A stretch of 64,000 nucleotides of DNA, from contig JBGAML010000001.1 in the NCBI GenBank assembly GCA_044223005.1, forward strand, positions 384,001 to 448,000. The letters are read 5' to 3'. This document shows positions 39,860 to 48,317 of this stretch, piece after piece. Below the pieces are notes generated by a model. The model saw nothing but the letters and a program-made list of their open reading frames with translations, did no database searches and was not told where the DNA came from. The position numbers and the translations under genes are program-made. Source of the DNA: Candidatus Eiseniibacteriota bacterium (GTDB lineage: Bacteria > Eisenbacteria > RBG-16-71-46). The first letter of the stretch is position 1. Every line of letters starts with the position of its first letter.

Positions 39860-42568
39860 GTGCGCGGACGACTCGGCGTTCGCGCGCGGGAGCTTGCGCA
39901 CGACGCTCTCGACGCGCCAGCGCTTGCCGCCCTCGCCGATCTCGACCTCGTCACCGACGGTCTTGCCCACGAGGGACTTGCCGATCGGTGCCTGGAAGGA
40001 GATCACGTTGGCGCCCAGGTGCTGCTCGCCGTCGCCGAGGATCCAGTAGCTCGTCCGCTCGTCGCCGCTCGCCAGCGCGACCTCGGTGCCGAGCCCGACG
40101 ATGCCCTCGCGATACTCCGCGTCCTCCACGAAGCGCGCCCGGCCGATCTTGAGCTGCAGCGCCGACGCCTGCTTCTGGGCGTTGGCCTGCTTGAGCTTGG
40201 CGCTGTGGTACTCGGCGTTCTCCTTGAGGTCGCCGAGCTCGCGCGCCTTCTGGATCGTCTTCGGGATCGTGGTCTTGAGTTCGCGTTCGAGCGCGACCAG
40301 CTCGGCCTTGAGCTTCTCCCAGGTCGGGCGGGTCATGACCGGGATGTCGAAGTCCTCGGCCTGCTCGCCCACCTGGCTGAAGAGCTTCTCGGTGCGCTCC
40401 TGCCGGTGATCGAGCACCCACTGCTTCTCCTGCTCCAGGCCGACGCGGCCGACGGCGTCGAGCGCCGGGAACAGCAGCCGGTCGCTGGAGCGCCACTGGC
40501 GGATCAGGACGCGGATCTTGAGCGTCATCTCCGTCGTCACCGGGATGCCCGCGAGCATGCGCTCGAACGAGCCGCCCTTCTCCAGCCAGCGCAGGACCTT
40601 CTCGGCGATCGAGGGCTTGGCCTTCTCCTCGATCATCTGCAGCGCGGCGAAGAAGAGCCGCCATGCGTCGGCCGGCGGATCGCCGGCCATGTCGTCCTCG
40701 ATCATGCGCATGACCGCGGCCGGGTAGTCGACCGCGCGGTCGAGCATGGCGCGGCGGAGCTGCATGCGGCCGGCCTCGTCGAGCGCGGCGCGGTCCTTCT
40801 CGGCCTCGTCGCGGACGGCGGAGAAGCGCGAATCGAGCGCCGACAGGATCGCCTCGGCCTCGACGCCGGCCTGCCGCGACTCGGCGAGCAGCGCGAGCTG
40901 CTCGTCCTCGGTCGAGAGGTCGGAGATGCCGAGCCCCTGCTCCCACAGCACGCGGAGCACCTGACGCCACTCGTCCTGCCGCTCGGGATACCAGCGCGCG
41001 AACGTGAGCCCGGCGCGCGCGCGGTCGGGGCGCTCGCCCTCTTCGTCCAGCGTCGTGCGCACGATGAAGCTGCCGAACCGGCCCTTCAGCGCCGCCTCGG
41101 CCTGCGGGTGCTGCGCGAGGAACTTGCGGATCACGCCGAGGTTGTAGCGCGCCGGCTTGCGCACCTCGTACGCCGGCAGCAGCGTCGTCGACGTCCCGGC
41201 CGATGCCCGCGGCGCGGCGCCCTCGGGCGCGAGCTGGTACACCTGCTCGAAGGCGCGCGAGTGGTCGATGCGCGGATCCTTCTCGGCCGCCGCGCGCGCC
41301 TTGCGCCAGAACGTGGTCCAGTCCTTGGCGCCGACCAGGTCGGAGCCGATCAGGAACACCTTGAGCTTGTTCGCGTCCGCGCGCCCGCCGAGGATCTTGA
41401 GCGCGCGCACGACCATGGTCGCCTGGTCTTCGGCGATCAGGCGGCGCACTTCCTCGGGGTTCGAGAAGCGCAGCAGCCGCAGGTCGTCCTCGGACACCGG
41501 CGTCAGCGTCCGGCGCGCCGCGGCGTACGGCATCTTGTGGCCCTTGGACTTCGCGAAGTCGATCACCACCGTCGTCGTGTCGTTGCCGACGATGCGGCCG
41601 GCGCCGAAGCCCTCGTGCAGCACGCCCCGGCCCGGCGCGAGCGCCGAGATGGAGTCGAACTGCTCGATCGCGGCCACCAGCGTGGCGTCACCGCCCTCGA
41701 GCCCGCTCTGCGCGACCGCGGCGTCGAGATCCGGCACCGTCGCGCCGGGGCCCTGCCGCAGCGCCAGCGTGATCGCGGCGCGGAACGCGTCGGCGGCCTT
41801 GTCGCCGCCCGCGGTCACCGCCGTCGCCACCACCTTGCGCAGCGGCTCGAGCGCCTCGCCCGCGCGCTTCGCCTTCGCGAGCCCGTTGGCCACGATGTCC
41901 GCGAGCGAGCGCGTCTCCTTGAGAGCGCCCTGCGTCGCCACCACCGGCAGCACCTGCGCGAGCTGCGCCAGCCCGTCCCAGTCGTCGTGCTCCACGAACT
42001 CGAGCGCGGCCTCCTCGAGCTGCGGCCAGCGCGCCTCGGCCGCGAAGCGCGGCGCGAGCTCGGCGAGCAGCGCCCGGCGGTCGTCGCCCTGGCCCGCCTC
42101 GCCCAGCCGCTGCGCGAGCAGCAGCGCGAGCTCGAGATCGTCGGGGTTGATCGCCCACGCGCGCGAGAGCGCGTCGATGCGGTCGGGGTCCTTGCCGATC
42201 CCCTCGTGCGCCTGCGCGAGCAGCCGCGCGGCCGCGTGCGTCTGTACCAGCGCGAGCGAGCGCTCGGCGACTGCCGCGAGCGGCTCCCAGTGCTTGCCCG
42301 CCGCGAGCTTCTCGCCCAGGTGGAGCAGCGTCTGCTGCGCGCGCTCGACTTCGCCGTTCAGGGCGCAGACGGCCGCGAGCAGGTACGAGACGCCGTAGGT
42401 CGCGTCCGACTGCTTGAGCCGGCCGCCCAGTTCGTCGCGCGCCCACGCCAGCCGCTTCTCGGACTGGGCGTCGTGGGCGATGGATTCGAGCGCCGCGCGG
42501 GAGTCGGGCGAAAGATCGGCTCCGACTTCACCTCGAAGGACCGGCGGCAGGGCGTCTCGAACGGGCAT
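39857..42568 (-). CDS. Large GreA/GreB-domain protein (helical N-terminus, Tudor-like segment, C-terminal Gre domain)
   Basis: C-terminal ARELGDLKENAEY, GTEV, IS..APIGKSLVGK.VGDEV; internal VLHEGFGAGRI; WTTFWRKAR. Confidence 0.85.
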   Translation of the reverse strand: MPVRDALPPVLRGEVGADLSPDSRAALESIAHDAQSEKRLAWARDELGGRLKQSDATYGVSYLLAAVCALNGEVERAQQTLLHLGEKLAAGKHWEPLAAVAERSLALVQTHAAARLLAQAHEGIGKDPDRIDALSRAWAINPDDLELALLLAQRLGEAGQGDDRRALLAELAPRFAAEARWPQLEEAALEFVEHDDWDGLAQLAQVLPVVATQGALKETRSLADIVANGLAKAKRAGEALEPLRKVVATAVTAGGDKAADAFRAAITLALRQGPGATVPDLDAAVAQSGLEGGDATLVAAIEQFDSISALAPGRGVLHEGFGAGRIVGNDTTTVVIDFAKSKGHKMPYAAARRTLTPVSEDDLRLLRFSNPEEVRRLIAEDQATMVVRALKILGGRADANKLKVFLIGSDLVGAKDWTTFWRKARAAAEKDPRIDHSRAFEQVYQLAPEGAAPRASAGTSTTLLPAYEVRKPARYNLGVIRKFLAQHPQAEAALKGRFGSFIVRTTLDEEGERPDRARAGLTFARWYPERQDEWRQVLRVLWEQGLGISDLSTEDEQLALLAESRQAGVEAEAILSALDSRFSAVRDEAEKDRAALDEAGRMQLRRAMLDRAVDYPAAVMRMIEDDMAGDPPADAWRLFFAALQMIEEKAKPSIAEKVLRWLEKGGSFERMLAGIPVTTEMTLKIRVLIRQWRSSDRLLFPALDAVGRVGLEQEKQWVLDHRQERTEKLFSQVGEQAEDFDIPVMTRPTWEKLKAELVALERELKTTIPKTIQKARELGDLKENAEYHSAKLKQANAQKQASALQLKIGRARFVEDAEYREGIVGLGTEVALASGDERTSYWILGDGEQHLGANVISFQAPIGKSLVGKTVGDEVEIGEGGKRWRVESVVRKLPRANAESSAH

Positions 42569-42683
42569 GGCGCCTCGAATGGGAAACGACGTGGGTGCGA
42601 AAGAGGGGGGAGAATATCGCCCACGATCGCGTTCCACGCAAGTCGGCCGCGGCCGCGGCGCGTTTCGAGGCGCGAGCGGCCGC

Positions 42684-45095
42684 TCAATCCCCCGCGATCC
42701 GCAGCACGCGCCGGACCGCCGTGCCGCCGGCCGCGCGGACGCGGACGAAATACGCGCCCGCCGCCGCCCGCCCGGGCGTCCACGTGAGCTCGTGCGCGCC
42801 GGGGCCGAACGCACCGCGCGCCAGCACCGCCACGCGCCGGCCCGCCACGTCCAGCACGTCGGCCACGACGTCGCCCGGAGCGTCGAGCGCGAACCGCACC
42901 GACACCGGCCCGCGCGCCGGGTTCGGCCACGCGTCCGACACGCGCGGCCCCGGCGGCGGCGGCGCGCCGACGCCGGCGACCAGCGCCGGGTCGACGATCG
43001 CGGCCACGCTGCGGCCCACGACGCCGCCGACGGCGAGGAAGCTGCCGCCCACCGCGACGCGGTCGCCGCCCGGCGCCAGCGCGAGCACACTGCCGCTGCC
43101 CACGTTGGGGTCCCACGTGCCGAGCGCGCCGGTCGCCGCGTCGAAGCGCGCGAGCCGGTTGCGCGTCGTGGCCGCGATCGTCGTGAACGCGCCGCCCACG
43201 TAGAGCTGGCCGTGTGCGAGCGCGAGCGCGCTCACGTCGAGGCTCGGCGCCGGGTCCCACGCGGTCGGGACGCCCGTCGCGAGGTCGAGCGCCGCGAGCC
43301 GGTTGCGCGTGAGCCCGCCCACCTGCGTGAACGCGCCGCCCACCACCAGCGTCCCGCCGTTGACGAGCATCGTCGCGACGCCGTTGTTCGCGCCCGGGTT
43401 CCACGCCTGCAGGGCGCCGCTCGTCGCGTCCACCGCGGCCAGCCGCGAGCGCGGCGTGCCACCCATGTTGAGGAAGAAGCCGCCGGCGTAGATCACGCCC
43501 GCGCCCCGCGCGAGCGAACTCACCGTGCCCGAGGCGTTGGGGTTCCAGGACAGCAGCGTGCCGCTCGCCACGTCGAACGCCGCGAGCGAGCCGCGGGCCT
43601 GCGACGACACGGTCGAGAACGAGCCGCCGATCCAGAGCGTCGTGCCGTCGGTGACGAGCGCGTTCACCGTGCTCGAGACCGCCGGGTTCCAGGGCAGCAG
43701 CGCGCCGCTCGCCGGATCGAAGCCCGCGAGGTACGCCTGCGACGTGCCGCCCACCGCGACGAAGCCGCCGCCGGCGTAGACGCCCGCGCCCGCCGAGACG
43801 AGCGCGTTCACCGTGCCCGTCGTGCCGGGGTTCCACGGCGTCGGGACGCCGGTCGCGAGGTCGATCGCGGCGAGGTTGGCACGGCGCACACCGCCCACGG
43901 TGGCGAACGCGCCGCCCGCGAAGAGCGACGGGCCCGAGATCGCGAGCGCGTTGGTGCCCGCCGAAGCGACCGGGTCCCACGCCGCGAGCGCGCCACTCGT
44001 GCGCGCGAAGCCCGCGAGGTAGGAGCGCGGCGTCGTGACGCCCGACGTGACCGAGGTGAAGTAGCCGCCGACGTACAACGTGTCGCCCGCGAGCGCGAGC
44101 GCCGCGACCTGGCCGTTCGGCGCGCCCGGCGCGAACGCCGCGACGCCCGCCCCCGTCGTGGCGTCGACGGCACCCAGGTACGTGCGGAGGAGCCCGCCCA
44201 GCGTGAAGAAGAGTCCGCCCACGTAGACGTTCGCGCCGTCCACGAGCAGCGCCGACACCGTGCCGCTCGCGGCCGGGTCCCACGGCAGCAGCGCGCCGCC
44301 AACCGCGCCCAGCGCCGCGGCGCGATTGCGCGTCGTGGCGCCCATCGTGGTGAACGCGCCGCCCACGTACACCGTGGTGTCCGCGATCGCGATCGCGTTC
44401 ACGAGCCCGTTGGGCGCCGGGTTCCATGCCTTCGCGGCGCCCGCCGCGGTGTCCACGGCCGCGAGCATGTTGCGCGCCTGCCCGCCCGCGAACCCGAACA
44501 GCCCGCCCAGGTACACCGCGTCGCCACGAACGCCGAGGCAGTAGACGTTGCTGCTCGCGCCCGGGTTCCAGCCCGTGACCGTGCCCGTCGCGGTGCGGAA
44601 CGCCGCGAGGTTCGTGCGCGACGATCCGCCCGCGGTCGAGAACGCACCGCCCGCGTACACCACGCCGTTGCCGAGCGCGAGCGCCGCCACCGAGCCCGAG
44701 ACGCCGGGATTCCACGCCGGGTCCACCGAGAGATCGGGGAGCACGTGCGCGATCGAGGCGCGCGGCTGGCCCCCGACCGAGTCGAAGCTGCCGCCGACGA
44801 ACCAGCCGCCCGCGCCGTCGGCGACGACCGCGGACAGCGTGCCGTTGACGCGCGGGCTGACCGGCAGGCGCGCGCCGCTGGCCGCGACGAACCCGACCCC
44901 GCCGCCCGTACGCGGGCCCACGACGCTGAACGAACCGCCCACGTACAGCGTGTCGCCGCGGCGGACGGCCGCGTTGACGTTGCCGTTGGGCACCCAGACG
45001 GCGGCGTCCAGCGTCTCGTTGGCGCGAGCCGCGCCGGTGATCGAAACGAGCGCGAGCGCGGACGCGGCGAGGCGGCGGAACGTGCGAGCGAACAT
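42684..45095 (-). CDS. Secreted beta-propeller repeat protein with FlgD-Ig/T9SS-CTD-like C-terminus
   Basis: Signal peptide; a dozen or more V.ALA..G.T.Y.GG.F..(GG..R..LAA.D..TG....WNP) repeats; PNP...DVAGRRV...G.H...W...GAYFVR; RBS AAGGAGG. Confidence 0.88.
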   Translation of the reverse strand: MFARTFRRLAASALALVSITGAARANETLDAAVWVPNGNVNAAVRRGDTLYVGGSFSVVGPRTGGGVGFVAASGARLPVSPRVNGTLSAVVADGAGGWFVGGSFDSVGGQPRASIAHVLPDLSVDPAWNPGVSGSVAALALGNGVVYAGGAFSTAGGSSRTNLAAFRTATGTVTGWNPGASSNVYCLGVRGDAVYLGGLFGFAGGQARNMLAAVDTAAGAAKAWNPAPNGLVNAIAIADTTVYVGGAFTTMGATTRNRAAALGAVGGALLPWDPAASGTVSALLVDGANVYVGGLFFTLGGLLRTYLGAVDATTGAGVAAFAPGAPNGQVAALALAGDTLYVGGYFTSVTSGVTTPRSYLAGFARTSGALAAWDPVASAGTNALAISGPSLFAGGAFATVGGVRRANLAAIDLATGVPTPWNPGTTGTVNALVSAGAGVYAGGGFVAVGGTSQAYLAGFDPASGALLPWNPAVSSTVNALVTDGTTLWIGGSFSTVSSQARGSLAAFDVASGTLLSWNPNASGTVSSLARGAGVIYAGGFFLNMGGTPRSRLAAVDATSGALQAWNPGANNGVATMLVNGGTLVVGGAFTQVGGLTRNRLAALDLATGVPTAWDPAPSLDVSALALAHGQLYVGGAFTTIAATTRNRLARFDAATGALGTWDPNVGSGSVLALAPGGDRVAVGGSFLAVGGVVGRSVAAIVDPALVAGVGAPPPPGPRVSDAWPNPARGPVSVRFALDAPGDVVADVLDVAGRRVAVLARGAFGPGAHELTWTPGRAAAGAYFVRVRAAGGTAVRRVLRIAGD

Positions 45096-45118
45096 GGGAT
45101 CCTCCTTCGGTGCGCGCC

Positions 45119-48100
45119 TCAGCGCAGGTGGACGATGCGGGTGACGAGCACGCGGCCGCCGTCGCCGGCCACGCTCGCGCGCGCGAACAGCACGCCGGCG
45201 GGCAGGTCGCGGCCGGCGAGCATGAAGCGGTGGATGCCCGCGCCGAGCACGCCGTGGTGCAGCGTCGCGAGCTCGCGGCCGCCGACGTCGAAGAGCCGCA
45301 CGTCGGCGTCGGCCGCGGCGGGCAGCGCGAGCTCGAGCGCCGCGCCGGGGCCCGGCGAGCCGGTGGCGGCGAAGCGCAGCGCGCGCGCCGGCGGCGCCGC
45401 CGCGGGATCGCCCACGTCGAGCGCCGCCTGCTTCACCACGACCCACGCGCCGTCGGCCACGTAGTGCACCTCGAGGATGCCCGCCGCCGGCAAGCCGCCG
45501 TAGAGCACCGTGCTCCACGTGCCGGCACGCGTGCCGCACTGCAGCACGCGGAAGCTGTCGTTGGTCGTCGCGGTGAACCCGGTCTGCGGGCGCACGTCGA
45601 GCGTCCCGCCCAGCGTCGCGGGGCCGACCACCACGAGCGTGTCGTGCGATGCGCCCGCGAGGCCGCCCACGTCGCAGGCGAAGGTGCCGCCCGCCTGGAT
45701 GAAGTCGCCCGTCACCCGCAGGCGGCCGTACGGCGCGCCCGGCGCGAGCAGGCCCGAGGAGGTGAGGTTGCCCTCCACGATGCCGCGCCCGGTCATGCGC
45801 CCGTCGGATGCGAGCACGAACCGCGTCGCGGAGCCGCTCACGACGATGCGGCCGTCGTCGAACGCCACTTCGTCCCCCAGCGTCGGGTCGCCCGCGGCGG
45901 GGAACTCGACGCGGAAGCCGGCGGGCTCGATGCGGCCCTGCAGGACGGGCGTCGCGCTCGAGAGCCCCGCGACGACGTCGCCCGTCGCGGTGAGCGTGGA
46001 GAGCGAGTCGAACTGCACCGCCGCGGCGATCGTGCCCGCGCCGACGAAGTGGCTGCCGCCGAGGAAGACGAACTTGTCGCCGAGCATCGCATGCCCCACG
46101 CCCGTGACCGGCCCCGTGAACCGCAGTCCCGCGGTGCCGACCGAACGCAGCTGGCCCTCGACCAGCAGGTCACCCGCGACCGTGCCGCGCCCGGAGAGCT
46201 CGCGCCCGAGCGCGATCTTGCCGCCGCCCGGCGGCAGCACGAGCCGGCCGCCGGTGATCGAGACCTTGCCGAGCACGGCGCGGCCGTTGTCGACGATCGT
46301 GACGGTGTCTCCCGCGACGGCGAGCGTGCCGTCGAAGCGGAAGCCCTGCCCCGTCGTGCCCGTGCGGCCGAGGGTCAGCGCGCCCGTCGGCGTGACGCTG
46401 CCCGTCGAATCGCCGGCGCTCGCGACCGGCGCGTCCACCACGCCGTAGCCGGTGATCGTCCCGCCGGCGGCGAGCGTCAGGAGCGCCGTGCCGCTCGTCG
46501 TGCCGCCCTGCATGTCCAGCACGCCGCCATCGAGTTCGAACGGCGTCGACCACGTGACCGAGCTCCCGGATTCCACGTGCAGCGTGCCGCCGGGGCGCAG
46601 GTGGGAGTGGATGTCGAACGGGCTCGCCAGCGACACGGTACCGCCACCGCCCACGGTCACGTCGCCGGTGCCGGTCGACGAGACGTGCGGCACGAAGAGG
46701 AACTCCGCGGCCAGCGAGCTGCCCGTGCCGCGCACTTCGACCGTCCCCGTGCCGCTCCCGCGCGGCACCATCACCGACTTGCAGGTGGCGATCCCGCCGG
46801 AGAGGACGTGCAGTTCGCCGGCGCCGTCGCGGCCCACGTGCAGGTCGTCCACATCGATCGTGCCGCCGTCGCGCACGATCAGCTCGCCGAGCGAGCCCGC
46901 CTCCTGGCCGAGCAGCGTGCCGCCGGACGTGGTCGTGAGCGTCGAGCCCGACAGCACGCGCAACCGCCCGAGTCCCTTGGAGCCGATCACCACCGGCGTG
47001 TCGGCGCCGACGCCGTGGAAGGACGCGGTCGCGCCGTTCATCAGTTCGAAGACCGGCTTGCGGTTCGGGCTGCTGAGCTTGAAGTGCTGGTCCGAGGTCG
47101 AGAACGTGCCGCCGTTCACCTGCACCGTGCCGCCCGGGAGGTCGAGGTCGCTGCCCGCGTCGAACCACGTGAGCGACCCCGTGAGGAAGCGGCCCTTGTC
47201 GCGTACGCGCAGTGTCGCGGTCCCGCCGAGGTCCGAGCCCAGCCGCGTGGTTCCCGTCACCGTGACGACGCCGTTCGAGTCCACCACGAACGTCGCGTCG
47301 CCTCCGGGCAGCGTGCCGAAGTTGCCGTCCCCGATCGCGAGGCCGCCGACGATCTCGACGCGGGCGCTGTCGGTGCCGAGCGTCCCGCCCACGGTGACAC
47401 TGCCCGTGTCGCTCGCGTACTGCCCGACGCCGAGCAGGCCGACTTCCTTCCAGTACGCCGAGTTCGTGACCTGCAGCGTGCCGCGGCCGCCGCTCTTGCC
47501 GACCGTCGTCGTCACGTTGGCGGCCGGCGCGCCCGTGAACAGCGACGTGCGCTGCTGGACGGGCGACGTGACCTCGCCCGTGATCGTGGCCGTGCCGACC
47601 GAACCCGCGCCGCTGCCGACGACGAACGCCGTCGCCGGCGTCACGGTGGCGCCCCCCAGCGCGAGCAGCGTGCCCGAGCCCCCGCGCCCGACTTCGAATC
47701 CGGAGCCCTGCGGCGCCTGCGTGAGCGAGGCCGAGACGCCCGAGACGACGAGCGTCCCCGTGGCGCCCGCGGAGGACCCGATCGAGGCGTCGCGGCCCAT
47801 GCGGAACGTGCCGTTGACCAGCTGCACGACCGCCGCGAACCCCGGCGACGTGCCGACCTGGAACAGCGACTGTCCGTAGTGCGGCGCGCCGCAGTCGAGC
47901 GAGACCGTGCCCGTACCGAAGAGGTGGCTCGTCACGGAATCGAGCGGCGATGGGAACGTCACGGTGTAGGTGCCGGCGAGGTTGAACACGAGCAGGTCCG
48001 CCGCCGCGGGCGCGCCCGCGGGGTTCCAGTTGCCGCCCGCGTCCGCGGAGCCGCCCGCGGCGTTGTTCCAGTTGCGCGTGACCGCGAACGCGGGCGTGTG

Positions 48101-48163
48101 GGTGAACAGCACGAGCGCGGCGAGAGCCACGCGCGCGGCGCGGAAGCGGAACGAGTGATACAT
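45119..48163 (-). CDS. Large secreted Gly/Thr-rich beta-helix (autotransporter-passenger-like) protein with FlgD-Ig/T9SS-CTD-like C-terminus
   Basis: Signal peptide; W....GG......NW.P.G.P...D; repeated VG..G.GTL.V..G; LAPG..G.L.V.G; D.L.V.G.ATLGGTL; FDVGGR...G.H...GVLFAR; RBS GAGGAG. Confidence 0.82.
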   Translation of the reverse strand: MYHSFRFRAARVALAALVLFTHTPAFAVTRNWNNAAGGSADAGGNWNPAGAPAAADLLVFNLAGTYTVTFPSPLDSVTSHLFGTGTVSLDCGAPHYGQSLFQVGTSPGFAAVVQLVNGTFRMGRDASIGSSAGATGTLVVSGVSASLTQAPQGSGFEVGRGGSGTLLALGGATVTPATAFVVGSGAGSVGTATITGEVTSPVQQRTSLFTGAPAANVTTTVGKSGGRGTLQVTNSAYWKEVGLLGVGQYASDTGSVTVGGTLGTDSARVEIVGGLAIGDGNFGTLPGGDATFVVDSNGVVTVTGTTRLGSDLGGTATLRVRDKGRFLTGSLTWFDAGSDLDLPGGTVQVNGGTFSTSDQHFKLSSPNRKPVFELMNGATASFHGVGADTPVVIGSKGLGRLRVLSGSTLTTTSGGTLLGQEAGSLGELIVRDGGTIDVDDLHVGRDGAGELHVLSGGIATCKSVMVPRGSGTGTVEVRGTGSSLAAEFLFVPHVSSTGTGDVTVGGGGTVSLASPFDIHSHLRPGGTLHVESGSSVTWSTPFELDGGVLDMQGGTTSGTALLTLAAGGTITGYGVVDAPVASAGDSTGSVTPTGALTLGRTGTTGQGFRFDGTLAVAGDTVTIVDNGRAVLGKVSITGGRLVLPPGGGKIALGRELSGRGTVAGDLLVEGQLRSVGTAGLRFTGPVTGVGHAMLGDKFVFLGGSHFVGAGTIAAAVQFDSLSTLTATGDVVAGLSSATPVLQGRIEPAGFRVEFPAAGDPTLGDEVAFDDGRIVVSGSATRFVLASDGRMTGRGIVEGNLTSSGLLAPGAPYGRLRVTGDFIQAGGTFACDVGGLAGASHDTLVVVGPATLGGTLDVRPQTGFTATTNDSFRVLQCGTRAGTWSTVLYGGLPAAGILEVHYVADGAWVVVKQAALDVGDPAAAPPARALRFAATGSPGPGAALELALPAAADADVRLFDVGGRELATLHHGVLGAGIHRFMLAGRDLPAGVLFARASVAGDGGRVLVTRIVHLR

Positions 48164-48273
48164 GCCGGGACTCCTCGGATGGGGCGCGGTCGCGCGGATG
48201 GACGCTCCGGCGAGTGGGGCGCCGGTGCACGCGGGGGGTGGCGCGAGGATTCCGGAGAGGCCACCGCCTCCCT

Positions 48274-48302
48274 TGGCGCCGAATCGCCCCGGGAGCGGAC
48301 AC
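48274..48302 (-). promoter_or_regulatory. Candidate ECF-sigma promoter, copy 2
   Basis: GTGTCCGCT-N7-CGATTCGGCGCCA, 21/29 identical to copy 1 at 51038-51066. Confidence 0.5.
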
Positions 48303-48317
48303 GCCCCCGGCCGGGCG

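Noticed and set aside
42900..45000. Periodic DNA repeats suggestive of a CRISPR or tandem array
   Set aside because: These are degenerate in-frame beta-propeller protein repeats. No identical repeats with unique spacers and no cas genes.
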